A stretch of DNA of 64,000 nt from Raja brachyura. Lineage: Eukaryota. The notes under the pieces were generated by a model, which was not told where the DNA came from, ran no database searches, and worked only from the letters and a program-made list of their open reading frames with translations. Positions within the stretch are counted from its first letter, which is position 1. Each line of letters opens with the position of its first letter. Shown piece after piece: positions 49,175-62,853 of the stretch. The position numbers and the translations under genes were made by a program. Where the stretch lies: positions 26,660,001 through 26,724,000 of the forward strand of contig OY740794.1 in assembly GCA_963514005.1 (NCBI GenBank), read 5' to 3'.

Positions 49175-50516
49175 CTGAAAACAATGACACAAAATTAAAA
49201 CAAACTTTTCAGCTCTAGAGCAAATTAAGTTTTTAGGAAAGTGAAGTTATTATTTTAAAATGTCAACAAATGCTCAGGTGAGGCTAGACTTGTCTGCTTT
49301 CAGCGTCATTGAAAGTATTTTTTCCCCTCAAACATACAGTAGAATCTGTGGGAAACTTAATAGTACCTCAACTTTACAGAAGGGAAAAATAATATGGTAT
49401 AGAAAAGATAAACTCTGCAGGACATTGTAACAAGTAGAGCTTCAAAATGGCTCCTTACACAGTAGTTTAAACAACAGCCAACAATATGGTCAGGATAAAT
49501 ACACAAAAGGCTGGAGAAACTCAGCGGGTCAGGCAGCATCTGTCAGGAATGTGAATAGGTGACGTTTTGGGTCAGGGCCCTTCAGACCTCTCTCTCTGGA
49601 CCTTTTCATTTCTGTACCCTCTCGGGACTTTATTTCTAACTGCTGACGAGATATCAAATAGTTTGAAGAATATGGTCAGCATAGTTTTGCAAATCATTTA
49701 AGATGTTGTGTTACAATAAATAATATTCATGCCAGATGGATTGAATAATTTTGGCAATTATTCAAAGCCTTCATGGCCACAAAATAAAAATGTAATCAAC
49801 TGTGCTCGGTCCCCCGCACTAAAGTCTAGTCTATCCCACAAACCACCGAACATTAAGAATAGCTTACAGCAGGTTCTCAAGGTATAATTTAATTAAAAAA
49901 TGTAACATAACATTGTAAATACATTGAGAAAGCCACCATTCATCTATATTCTACATTAATTCATTATTTCAAATTGGAAAATTGTAAGCGTAATTTAAAC
50001 ATTTGAACGGTTAAAATTAAATGTCAGTACTGATGTGTGAAAAAGTCCTTTCACTTGTATTGTTGGTGAGATGTGTGCATTATAAAACACCTAAAACTGA
50101 CATTCTCCAAATCACGACCGATCACCAATTTCTTTTGTTAAGATTCACAAATTGAAAGATTGCAAATTTATTATTAATTCTGCCAAATTGGAGTGCAAGG
50201 CCATGAGCTTAGATCTGAGCTTCAGACCGTCGATCTGACTGGACTCTGATAGGACAAGATTGGCTTCTTTGCAATAATTTAATTCAATAATGTGTCCACA
50301 AAGGAACAAAACTGCAGATACTAGAAATTAACAGAAAATGCTGGAAATATTCAGGTCAGCTACATGTGTGGGAAGAGTAATACAGCCAACTGAAATGTAA
50401 ACTGTGTTTCTCTACCCAAAGATGTAGCCTGACCTGCTGAGTATGCCCAGCATTTTCTCTTTTTAGTTCAGCAATGAAATTGAAAATTGATTCAACAAGG
50501 AAAATGAAACACTTAC

Positions 50517-50567
50517 TATCTTCCCCAGGGCAAGGCATGCCTGGCCGTTCTGGGATACAGGGGAACA
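50517..50567 (-). CDS. PRKCI: PRKCI exon 4 (51 nt): VFPCIPERPGMPCPGED
   Basis: ttccgcag|TGTTCCCC ... GAAGATA|gtaagt. Confidence 0.96.
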
Positions 50568-52469
50568 CTGCGGAAGGGAAAATAAGGTTAGGATTAAGTA
50601 GACATTTCTTATTTGACTTTCAACAATACAATCTAGTATACCCTCTACACTCAGTGGGCAATGGGACAAATACATTATGTAATAGATGACATCTTTGTCA
50701 TCTCGCCCGCCAGGAGCTAAACCTTCTACGCCTTCAACTCGTTAACAAAATTCACTCGATCTTTCTCACTGATCTTGGAGAAACCTACAACTAAAGTTTG
50801 ACACAATTTAAGTGCAAAACAGGAACAGCAGAAAACATGAATAGACAACAAAATAATGCAATCAATTCCCGAGATAGATACAAAGTGCTGGGGTTAGTCA
50901 GCAAGTCAGCAGCTTCTCTTGAGAAAAAGAATGTCTGACGTGTCGGGCATGAAAACTTCTTCATATTAAACGTAGTAAAGGGAGGAGGGAAGAGAGAAAA
51001 TTGAGGTTTGAAAAGGCCCCACCCCACCCCCGCCTTTCAGTCTGAAGAAGGGTTCCGACCAGAAACATCACCATCGCGTTTCTCCAGAGATGCTGCCTGA
51101 CCCGCTGAGTTACTCCAGCACTTTGTACCTATCTTCGGTATAAACTAGCATATGCAGTTCCTTCTTCGACTAGCAATCAATTCCATCCTCCTTTCTTATC
51201 TCCCTGTACCTGCAACATTCACTTGCTTCCGATTCTTTCCCCATTTACCTCCCTGCATGCAGAAGATGAATGAATGGAAACCTATCTGGTCCTAGGGATT
51301 GCAAAACCTGCCCTCCACAAGCTGTTCCGATATAAAGCCTAATTACAAGCTCAAAATTATCTCCAGCGGGGGACCCAGTAACAAAGACAACAACAAGCAT
51401 CTGCTTACCCATGTCCGAATAATCACAATGGATGGCGCTCATAGTGGAATTGTCATTGGATCATACAGTACAGAAAGACGCCCTATGGCCCAACTTCCCA
51501 TGCTGCCCCATCTATGCTAGCCCCACCTGCCCATGTTTGGCCCATATCCCTATAAACCATTCCATTTCATATATGTCCAAATGTCTTAATTACTTGTTAC
51601 ACTTTTAATTCAAATTACTTGCGGAGCAGGAAAGATTTTTTTGCCTCTAAAAAATAATATTCATTCATCTGAATATTTGATCTCAGTGCCTGTGACTGAT
51701 ATTTTGGACACAATGTAAGAGTACAATAATCAAGCCTATCCTGAACAGCCAGCAAGGTGGGGTGTTGTTTTATACTAAATAATATTACGTCCTAGAAAAT
51801 AGAACATAGAAAAGTACAGCACAGGAGCCGACCATCTACCCCACCTCTAGAAGATAGGTCAAGCCCAAACGTTAAAAAAATGGCAGTAAAATGTCAGTCA
51901 ATAAAAGTGGAACAAGAGTAGGAAACTCGCCCATTAATAACAGAACACCTTGAACAAACAACGTCATAAACACCTGGAAAGAAGCTTTCCTTCTTCAATC
52001 TACTTGAATGGGAGGCAGAGTAATAAAATCAAATTAAATGGTTATTACATTTTCTTCCACTTTGTGCAATGCTGTAATCCTGGATTTTAAAGAGAGAATA
52101 AATTTAGGATTTTTTTGGTTACCGTGGCACCTGACCAGATTATATGTGCGAACAGCTTGAATCATATTTAGTGTACAGGGAGTTAGCAATTAAGAGAAAC
52201 AGAATATGTGTGCCTTAGATAATCAGTGGATTGTGTTTTGCTTGACAAGTATTGCTCCTTCCTGAATAAAACCACAAATACAACTGCACATCCAGTTTCT
52301 CCAATTAAAATAAATTTCAGGGCTCATGCAAGGTTGATCCTTCCCAACAAATATGACCAAAATTCAAAATCTTACAATGACAGACTGACTTTGTACTGCT
52401 AATCACAAAAACAAAATCACACCAGTTAATTCCCAAAAGATTCAAGATTGTAAAAGATTTTTAGCTCAC

Positions 52470-52559
52470 CATGAATGATCAGTTCAGAGTCTTTATTCAG
52501 CTCGTAGAGGCGAAAGGCTTCCTCCAGTTCTAGCTGAGATGAGACAGTGCAAGGATCGC
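52470..52559 (-). CDS. PRKCI: PRKCI exon 3 (90 nt): [29 protein letters not shown]
   Basis: ttgaacag|GCGATCCT ... ATTCATG|gtgagc. Confidence 0.96.
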
Positions 52560-53789
52560 CTGTTCAATAAACAATAGCAACAGTGCAATTTATGCATTTG
52601 AAATATTTTAACACTGTGGCACAGGATACTCAAGGTTAACATTTCTGATGAAGACCTGGAAAAGTCAGCGGCTCAGGCAGCATCTGTGGAGAACATAGAT
52701 AGGCGATGCTTCGGTCAGGACCATTTTGCAGAGCTGATCGTGTACCTGGATACCGCAGTGCAGGGTGGTTATGGCCAGGTTTAGGTCGCAATCATTGACT
52801 GCGCCGATCCTCGCCTCTCCCCTGGCCATCAACTCATCAGGATTCCAGGTCCAGTTCCAGACAGAGAGTCTGAAGAAGAGTCTGGACTGAAGATGTCACG
52901 TTCTCCAGAAATGCTGCCTAAACAGCTGAGTTACTCCAGCACTTTGTGTCCTTTTGTTTATTAATCAGCAACTGTAGTTGTTTGGTTTACTATCTATGAT
53001 AATCCCTTACTTGGTTATCGCGGACAATCAGCAATAACGAACACCACTTCCCTCCCTATAGTCCATTATAACGAGGATTTACTGTATTTGAACATGAGCA
53101 GAATTGCCCAAATGCTCTGCCTAATGTTTCACTCAATCATTAAAACATAGCTATCACGTTGTTTATTAGTTTATCTTTTGTGTTTTCCATCCATCCAATT
53201 ACTAATTAATTCATTTTGCAGCTTAACATTTCTTCAACCATCTACTCGATCATCTCTGCTACAATATTACATCTCACGTGCAACAAACTCCCTGTAGGCA
53301 TGGAGTTAAACCACAAGTCTAATAGGAAGCTCTTCCATTTTTGTCATCCGACTCCAGGATCAAGATCATTCCAATCTAGTTACCGAGTTGCAATTTGCAC
53401 ATAATATTTACAGATGTGCATATTTAGAGGCCAATCTCCCAGGTCATTGTTAAGGTTCTCAAATTATGGGAGCACAAGCCTTAAATTCAAGATCAGCAAG
53501 ACTAAGATCCTCCATAAAATTGCCCACAACCGCATAATTTCACCCTACCAATCCAAACAATAAAGCTTGGTGTTGGAATACTGCTATATGTACAACAGGA
53601 AGTACAAAGAGAAAAGATACAGAGTGCAGCATTACAGTTATGGAGAAAAGTCAAAATCCATGCCCCATATCTCAGGGCCTTGTCTTAGTGAAGGAAAACA
53701 CCGATGATGAAATTTAGTCAGTGGCAGGGGAACAGTGGTGGGATCAAGGTTGCCATCCTGGACAATTCTGGGATACGGCAGTATCGGAT

Positions 53790-54267
53790 CTCACTGCTTT
53801 CTTGATCATCGCATCAGTGTGAAAGGACCAGGTTAGCTTGCTGGTGATATGGATGCTGCGGAACTTGAAGCTAGTGATCTCTGCAGCAGCTCTGCTGATG
53901 AGAACAGACCTGCGTTCACCCCCTTGCTTCCGCAAATCAACAATCAACTCTTCTGTCTTTCTGTCATTGGGGCTCGGTTGTTGTACTAATCACACAAGTT
54001 TCCCCGAATTCTTTCCTGTACTTCGTCTCGTTGTTGTTGATTAAGACGACAACAGTGGTATCGTCCAGGAATGTAGAGATAGAGTTGGCAATATTATTGG
54101 CCATAAAGTCATAGGTGCGCAGGGAGTAGAGCAAGGGACTGAGCACATAATCCTGAGGGGCACCGGTGTTGACATGCAGGGTGAAGAAAGTGTTATGCCC
54201 AACTCTAACCAACTGAGGTTTGCCAGTCAGGAAGACAAGAAGCCAGTTGCAGATTGAGGTCCCAAAG
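53790..54267 (-). mobile_element. Rex1/Babar-like RT fragment
   Basis: CNWLLVFLT..NTGAPQDYVLSPLLYSL..FLDDTTVV; MIVDLRK..SFKF. Confidence 0.85.
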
Positions 54268-55784
54268 CAGGGCTCGAAATTAGCGGTTCCCGGGTACCAA
54301 TGGCAACTTAGTCCTGCCTGGCAACCTACAGCCATGCCATTTTGCCCGGCTTGGCATGCAACCGGGACACCCGCCCGCCATCCGTGTCTCGGTGCTAGCT
54401 CTCGGGTCTCCGCCGGCCGCCGAGCACATCATCGGCCGCAGTTGTGCGCATGTGCGGCCCTGCACATGCGCACTGCCACGGCAACTGGTCAGCGTCAGCC
54501 ACTTTCTCCCTCCCTTTGCATTGTGGGAGTTCTCGCCGCCATTGCTGTCCGGTCGCTGCCTCACCGCGACCGCTGAAAAACAACGCAAAATCGCTCCCTG
54601 GAGCTGGAGTAACTCCCTAGTGTATCTGTTGCTTCTTGCTTTCCAGGTCCTCCAAAAATATTCAAAATTGAATTTTAACTGGTGGACCCACCACCACCAA
54701 ACTCCAAACTCTGGAAGAATAACAGTCTATTCCATTTTATCTGTTTATTTATTGTGTGTATATATATGGTCTATAGTATACAGACACTGAACTTTTATCT
54801 CCTGTTCTGTATTAAGTTGACATATTCTGTTGTGCTGTAGCAACCAAGAATTTCATTGCCCTATCTGGGGCACATGACAATAAAACTCTCTTGACTTGGA
54901 CTTAAGCAAAAAATGGTTCCTGGGAAAAAAAAAGCTGCCTTAAATTTAGTTGCGTCTGGTTGGTACCTATGGTAGGGTGAAGACTATTCCATGCTTTAAT
55001 TGTGCGGAGGAACTCCATGGAGCAGCCAGTATCTCTGGATAGAAAAAATTGGGCGACGCTTGGGGTAGAAACCCTTCTTTACATTTCCTCTGGTTTTAGT
55101 ATTTTTAGTTTAATTTAAAGATACAGCGTTGAAACAGGCCCTTCGGCCCACCGATTACACGCCGACCACCCGTACTCTAGTTCTATCCCACACATCAGCG
55201 ACGCAAGTCAAGAATGTTTTATTCTCTCACGTCCCAGTTAGAACAATGAAATCCTTACTTGCAGCAGCACAACAGAATATGTAAACATAGTACTCTTGTA
55301 AACAATGTTATAAACGTGAAAACAAAACTCCATACAAGACAGCAACCATATTCAGGATCAATTCCGGGACTCTGGCAATATTAGGCAGCAACTTTATGGC
55401 CAACGTACTGCCCTAATAGCCTTGAACTGAATTAAAACATACAGTAGCTGTAAAGGGGGACATAGCGTCACTTAGAGATTTAAGAATGAAAATGGATAGT
55501 TTCTTTTTTTGTAGTAACCAAAGTTATCAACGTATATTTTTTTGTGTGTTGGAAAATAAAATATAGTGGCACAGCTGGTGGACTTGCTGCCTCACACGCC
55601 AGAGATCTGTGTTCGATCCTGTTCTCGGGCACTGTGTGTTGAATTTGCACATTCTCCCTGCAAGCGTGTGGGTTTCCTCCCACATCCCAAAGACGCATTG
55701 GCTTTGTAGGTTAACATGTCTCTGTAAAATTGCCCCTAATGTGCAGGGAGTGGGTGAGAAAAGTGGGATAGCAGAACGTGTGAA

Positions 55785-56240
55785 TGGGTAGACAAAAATG
55801 CTGGAGAATCTCAGCAGGTGAGGCAGCATCTATGGAGCGAAGGAAATAGGCAACGTTTCGGGTCGAGACCCTTCCTCAGACTGATGTAGGGAGGGGTGGG
55901 GGGCGGGAAAAAGAAAGGAAGAGGCGGAGACAGTAGGCTGTGGGAGAGCTGGGAATGGGAGGGGAAGGAGGGAGAAAACAAGGACTACCTGAAATTGGAG
56001 AAGCCAATGTTCATACCGCTGGGGTGCAAACTACCCAAGCAAAATATGAGGTGTTGTTCCTCCAATTTGCGGTGGGCCTCACTCTGGCCATGGAGGAGGC
56101 CAGGACAGAAAGGTCGGATTTGGAATGGGAGGGAGAGTTGAAGTGCTGAGCCACCGGGAGATCAGGTTGGTTATTGCGAACTGAGTGGAGGTGTTGTGCG
56201 AAGCGATCGCCAAGCCTGCGCTTGGTCTCACCGAGGTTGA
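55785..56240 (-). mobile_element. Penelope-like retroelement 3' end: GIY-YIG endonuclease fragment plus terminal repeat (older fragment at ~34470-34940)
   Basis: GETKRRLGDRFAQHLHSVRNNQPDLPVAQHFNSPSHS matches the Penelope GIY-YIG C-terminal pattern. Confidence 0.88.
55850..55882 (-). ncRNA. Minimal hammerhead-ribozyme-like motif in the Penelope terminal repeat
   Basis: GU-CUGAGGA-A-GGGUC-UC-GACCC-GAA-ACGU-U: CUGANGA box, stem II, GAAA box, palindromic ACGU and UH. Confidence 0.6.
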
Positions 56241-57648
56241 TCATACGCTGAATAACCGTATTTTTGTTTGGAAGTGGAAAGAGATAATAGAAATTGCATT
56301 CATTGCAACGTGTAAAAAGAGATGAGATACTGTGTTGTAATTTTGCTGCATGTCATTGTGGTATATATCATGTCTTGATTGGTGAATATGTTTAGGTGGT
56401 GACTTTATTTGAAGCAGAAACAATATGTGAATGCTTCATTGACCATAATTCCGACTGGTAACTGCACACTTCGTCGGAGCACATTATCGCTCGCGTCATG
56501 CAAGCCGTCTTAAATGACCACCTAAACTGTCATTTGGCAACCTAAAAAGCTGCCGAGGGTGCCCGACTGGCAACAGGGAAAAAAAGTTAAGCGAGAGCCC
56601 TGCACAGCCGAAGGTCCAGAAATGTAGGGATATGCTTATTCAGTATTATGATACAAAGTTTGTTGGAAAGCAGTATCTGCTACCTCTTGTGTCTTCAGTA
56701 TTGTGATGTTGAAGGCTGAGCTATGGTCAGTGAATAACATTCTAACATAAGTGTATTCATTGTCAAGGTGATCTGGAGCTCAATGTAATACAGCAAGGCT
56801 GCATCCTCCGTCAACCTGTTTTTTTTTTGTGAGTCACCAAGTATTGATTTAGAGTAAATGCACGTTTTTACTTCATCTTTCTGTTTTGCATGAAACATCA
56901 GATATGAGACTGACAAGAGAAAGATTCATTTGATTTTAAGAGAATGTGGTGGAAAATGCTTCCTCACATTAACCAACCTACCCAAAATCCTGACAATGCT
57001 GAGAATGGTTTCAAAAATTATTCCGAAGCCTTTGAATTTCCATTCATGCAAATTGCCCAGTAATTTTATGAATTCAATAGAATCCTTTTAAGCATTATAA
57101 TATTTCACAGCAATTAGCAATGGATAACAATTTCCCGATCATTGTTATCCTTTATAGATTTCTTTGGATTATAATACCACAACAAAGATTAAACAATTTC
57201 ATGCTAAACTGCTGCACCATTTAAATGGAAACATTAGATTCCATAGCTCTGCTTGGAAAAGTGCATAATTAATGCTTCACACCCTAATCTGTCTTCATTC
57301 CAACCCTTCTTAAATTTTGCTCTTACTCTCATTTCAATCACTCTGCCCTTCATCTTCCTTGAAAATGAGAAAAGAACTGAGATAATGAACGTGTGGTGGA
57401 AAAACAAATAAAATGCTCGTGATTTTCACCTAGCCATTGCAACAAGTTTGGTTTTAGTCACTTATTACTTTGAAAGCAGTTTTGCCTAAGTAAAGCACTC
57501 AATAAAGGTAGTAAATTTACACAATGCATTTCTATTGAAAATAATTAAACATTATTCTGCAAAAAGTCACAACAATTCTTACTTTGACCTACCACGATCC
57601 TTCTGTTCTCAGAAATACGTAACAGAAATTTAGCACAAAATTCACTAC

Positions 57649-57770
57649 CTTCTTCATCGATCCACTTCATTGTAAAGAACTGTTCATTATCAAAGCAGCA
57701 CATGTCACGAACTTCAGTGCAAAGATTTTCATAACTGATGGCAGGATCAAAGTGGGTGATCATGATATCC
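57649..57770 (-). CDS. PRKCI: PRKCI exon 2 (122 nt), PB1 domain: [40 protein letters not shown]
   Basis: ctctacttag|GGATATC ... GAAGAAG|gtagtg. Confidence 0.95.
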
Positions 57771-60700
57771 CTAAGTAGAGATATCAATAAAAGACCATGA
57801 ATAACCAATAATACATTGCCTCACACAAATTTCACATCACACATTTGATTACTCTGTTATTGCACCATAAGTTTTTGTTTGCACTACTTCAAGTTACATG
57901 ACAACCTTTTAACCATTCATTAGTTTCATATTAATTAGTGTATTTATTGTTGTACATTCTATCATTCATCCCGTTTACTCTGTGCTTCATGAGAATAAGA
58001 AATTGAATTGGGCAAATAACTAAGTGCTGGAGTAATTCAGCTGGTTAGGCAGCATCAGTGGAGGGAATGGACAGACGATATTTTGGGTCAGGACTCTAAT
58101 TCATCAGTCTGAGGAAGGGTCCTGACCTAAACTGTCATCTGACCATTCTCTCCACAGATGCTGCCTGGCCTGCTGAGTTTCGCCACTGTGCTTTGCTCAA
58201 GATTTAAGCATCATCCAGCTTCTTGTATCTCAAGGAACAATTATTTCATATGGTGAAAGGGCATGGAACTACAATCTGCAAATTAAAATGACATTTCTAC
58301 ACTAGTAGAAAGATAGCAAATATAAATTCTAACAGAAAGATATATGGAAATCAAAAGTGAACAGAAACAGTCAAATCTAGAGCAGAAAGACATCCGCACT
58401 CATCAGGCAAACTATTTAATTAAAAGATGCTGAATCACCCACATTCAAGATATATTTCAATATATAGATACAAACATCCAAATAATTTTTTTTTCCTTAA
58501 TTAGTAATAAAAAAACATTTTCCCCTTCATAAATCACTAGCTTCAAGAGTGCCCGAGTACTCCTTTTATGCACTACATACTAACAATGGTTATTTTCCAA
58601 TGCTCTTCTATACCAAATTTCAAGACATTAAAAACTCAAGGACAGAACATTAAAATGTCAAAGGTAACATTTTAACAACTGAGCACAAACTGTTATCTCT
58701 CTCTTGTTTTGGTCATGTGAAAATCACTACAAAAGTAAAAATAAAATCACTGGATTCATGAAATAATTTGACAAAGCAATTTTAATACTGAAATACCAAC
58801 AGGTACTAATCATACAGGCATTGAATCATACAGCGGGGAAACAGACCCTTCGGCCCAAATCGTCCATGACGACCAAACTCATATCCCTCTAAACCTCTCC
58901 TAATCATGTACCTGTCCAAGGCAGCAAACAGTTATATACTTCCTTTTTTGTTTAAATGGAGGTCTAAAACTTTCATTTAGATTGCCAGTGATTGGATTGG
59001 ATTCCACTTGTGACAGACGATAGCCAGGGGTAGAATTCTAAAATGATCCCCAATAAATACAAGAATGAAATTCAGGTGAATCCTTTCAATCCAAAACTAG
59101 TTAAAATGTAGAATTCATTACCACATGCAACTTGCTGTGCGGGCCAAGTTCTTGGGTATTTGTTTTTATTTTTTTATAAAAAGGGAGATGGATGGATTCT
59201 TGATTAGTAAAGGTGCCAAAAATCACAGGAAGAAGGCAGGAGAATGGAGTCAAGAGGGAAAATTACATAAGCCATGAGCAAATAGCAGAGCAGACTCGAT
59301 GGGCTGAATTATGTAATTCTGCTCCTATGTCTTATGATCAAGAGTGGCATATATGGACAAAAGCTGGATAGGGGCATGAAGGAATAATAAAGACGCTGAC
59401 AGGATCAGAAGTGAGATGGATGCACATAGAGCCAACACATCAGTATGGATCAGTTGGACAAAATTGGAGAGAAGAAATGGGTGACGTTTCGTTTCGGGTC
59501 GAGACCCTTCTTCAGGCTGAAGAAGGGTCTCGACCAGAAATGTCACCCATTCCTTCTCTCCAGAGAAGCTGCATGTCCCGCTGAGTTACTCCAGCATTTT
59601 ATGTTGACCTTCGATTCAAACCAGCATCTGCAGTTCTTTCCCACAGTTGGACTAATTTAACAGCTTCTGTGATACAAGTTCTTGGTAATTAGACATCATG
59701 CGATTAAATCGTGGAGCATTTTGAAATTGGAATAGTATTTTAACATCGTTGATCAACAAAAAAGTAAAGGAAACCAAGACAAGACTGCAGATCAAATTAA
59801 TAGGCACGCACAACTTGTTAAAAAAGGGAATGCAGTCAAAGTTTTATAATCAGCAGACTTATTACATGCAGATGTGAATGGTTGGACGGGTGGGAAATGT
59901 GGCGGAAGGGAGTTGGGGAAAGCACCATCTTCCCCCCCCCCCCCCCCCCCCCCACCCCCGCCATGAACCTTAACATTACAAGCCAACATTACTTAAAAAG
60001 TCTATAGCTGCTCTTGAAGCAACCTATTCATGTCAAGATAGAAAATTGTTCTTGTCTGTATATGATCTTCAGGGATTAGAACGCTTCTGAGGCAGAATAG
60101 ATAGGGCGGCACAGTGGCGCAGCAGTAGAGTTGCTACTTGCAGTGCCAGGGGCCTAGGTTCAACCATGACTACGGGTGCTATCCGTACGGGGTTTGTACG
60201 TTCTCCCTGTGACCCTGTGGATTTTCTGAATGCTCTGGTTTCCTCCCACACTCCAAATACATACAGGATTTCGGTAATTGGTTTAATTGAAATTGTAAAT
60301 TGTCCCTGGTGTGTAGAATAGTGCTAATGTACGGGGTGATCGCTGGTCGGCATGGAATCGGTGGGCTCCAGAGCCCGTTTCTGCGCCGTACCTCTAAAAT
60401 CTTAAGTAAAAACATGGACTGTAATCTAAAATAGTGGGTATTTCATTCATAGAACTCCACTCCCCAACTCAATGTTCTCTTCATACCCACCCACCTCTGC
60501 CCATGACTCACACTGTAGGGATCTCACCAGAATCATGTATGATGCACTGTTTTCTCTCTCACGAATTGTGAGGCAAAATAAATATTTGTTTCCAACATAC
60601 AAGAGTTCACACACAAAAAACACTGGGTGCCTTTGTCACACTTATTTTGTAACATTGCAGACACAGGTCACTCTAATTTCCACATAATTATAATTGATAG

Positions 60701-60826
60701 CAACTGAGATATTTAAACATATTGATGATGTCCTGGCCTGGATGTCTACCCTTGATCTACAACTTTAGGCTGTGCACGCAAGAAGATTTAAACTTTTAGC
60801 TTTGTCACATTGAGTATACCCACTAA

Positions 60827-61307
60827 AGGGCCTGTCCTACCAGCATCCGATTCCAAGCGATGAGCGCGATCAAACTAGAAGCGGGGGCCGCGCGGAGGTC
60901 GGGTGATCCCCTGTACAGGGCCGTTCCCACCAGCATGCGCCTGCATGCGGCAAGCGCGACCAAACCGGCAGCGAGGGCCGCGCAGAGGTAGGGTGAGTGG
61001 CGCAACGCGGCACAAAGTGAGGCGAACTTGGAGCGAAGTCTTAAAGGTAAGTTCGCCATGACAGAGAGGGGCACAGAGGCACGACGTCGAGACAGTGTGT
61101 AATGCGTCGAGGCGACTGCGAGCCGACAAGCCGTTGCCGCTCGGAATTTTTGAACAGTCATTTTTTCGGAGCTCCGGGCAATGTCGGGATGAACTCCGCA
61201 CAATTCTGGCGATCGAAGTGGGACCGGCCCCGCGACGCCGGACGGCTCAAGCGACCACGTTAGGTCGCGCTCATCGCATAGAGTTGCATGCTGGTGGGAC
61301 AGGCCCT
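60827..61307. mobile_element. PIF/Harbinger-type MITE, CpG-rich
   Basis: TIRs agggcctgtcctaccagcat / atgctggtgggacaggccct; TAA TSD (60824-60826, 61308-61310). Confidence 0.85.
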
Positions 61308-62853
61308 TAAAGGGAAGTTTTCTTCAAATACCTTCTTTGGCAGATATTCTGCTGATGTATGAAGCCAGAGCTTCCACTGCAAAAGTTAAATGTTGCAAGT
61401 GTTAACTATCTGTTATAACTATCTGTTAATCTCAGCTCGTAGGAAATCAGCTCTGAGGCCTCGAGCACTGCATAAATGTATTGGAAATGAAGCTATCAAA
61501 GCCAGAAATACATTTCGTCAGGCAATCAATTTAAACTCAAGGCTGACAGCGATAAATTAAACGAGACACAAGAAACAGCAGATGCGAGTGAAAAATAAAG
61601 ATGTAAAGTGCTGGAGAAATTCAGCAGATCAGGCATTATCTCGAGAGAATACGGATACGTGACATTTTGGGTGAGCACCAATATAATGCAGGCCTTTCTG
61701 AATTATCCATTTTGTCAGACCAAAAGTTACGGCCTCCGAGAGGAGTTAAACTGTACCGGAATGGTCCGCCCAGGTACTGAGATACCGGCCTGCAGTCGGC
61801 TATGGAAACGGAAATGCTGGAGTTCCAGGGCCCCAGGCGGGCAAATTCAACCCGCCATTCGGCCGCGGAATTCCTGATGAGGTAGAGATTCCGGGGGGGG
61901 GGGGGGGGGGGGGGGTTCTGATTTTGTCCTGATTATAGGAGCTGCCGTACCGGAGAGTTGTAGCTGGCAACTTTTTTTACTGTAGGTTTAAAATTGCTTT
62001 CCGTAATTCTCAAATTCAGATGGTCAAAAAGGATGGAGGAGGGATATTTGATCAGAGTCTATCCATAGGTACTGAAAACCATATCACCTTAAGACTGTCG
62101 TTAAAAGTATCCTGAGGCAAACCTACAGTAACCACAATCTTCATAGTTCATAAAATATAATTTAGAATATTTAAGCGTTAAAAATGTGGACATTTGATGA
62201 TCCAAAAATCCACAATAGAATAAACAATCTTAGTATGCTAATGAAACTCAGCTTTAATGAGAGCGTTCACCAAATATATAAGCCAGTTGCCTTTTTCTGT
62301 GTTTTAGGCAAATCCCATGTTGCATCAAACCAGAACATCAGAACCAGCTCACCTCCACTTGTTTTTGCGGCAGATTGTGTTTTTAACACTCATTCAGATT
62401 AGCAATGTGTTTTTTTACATCTTTCTCCTTCGGTGAACATCTAGTACCCAGAAAGAAAGGTGCAAGCAGTGACTCTAAACTGTGCATGTACAAACTTGCA
62501 CTAGCAACTATGTTTCTGCGGTATCATCTAATCAACACTATAAAAATTACAAATTCCACTGCATGACCAGGCAAGTGTTACAGAACTCTGAACCGAAACA
62601 GACTTGCATTTCTGGCACAGCACAATATATTTCAGAAATGTTGTGCAGTGGTTCCCACACAATTACTTTTGAAGTGTAAACACTATTATAAAGAGGGCAA
62701 TGCAGCAATAACTTTGATGTCACACTAGTCCTGTTTTAACATTCTGATTCTTTGGAGTAAAGCCAAAAGCTAGATTCTGTAGATGCTCAAAATACAAAAT
62801 AATAATAGAAAGCAGTCGAAGGACATCAGGCAGGATCTGTGGAGAAAGAGTTA

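Larger units (their letters stand above)
54268..56602. mobile_element. hAT-like (Tip100-type termini) element carrying nested SINE, Rex and Penelope pieces
   Basis: Termini cagggctcgaaatta / ttaagcgagagccctg; subterminal ggcaac repeats at both ends; TSD not matched. Confidence 0.6.

Noticed and set aside
61870-61900. CTGATGAG as a hammerhead or C/D-box RNA
   Set aside because: No stem II/GAAA box and no convincing terminal stem; lies in probable transposon debris.
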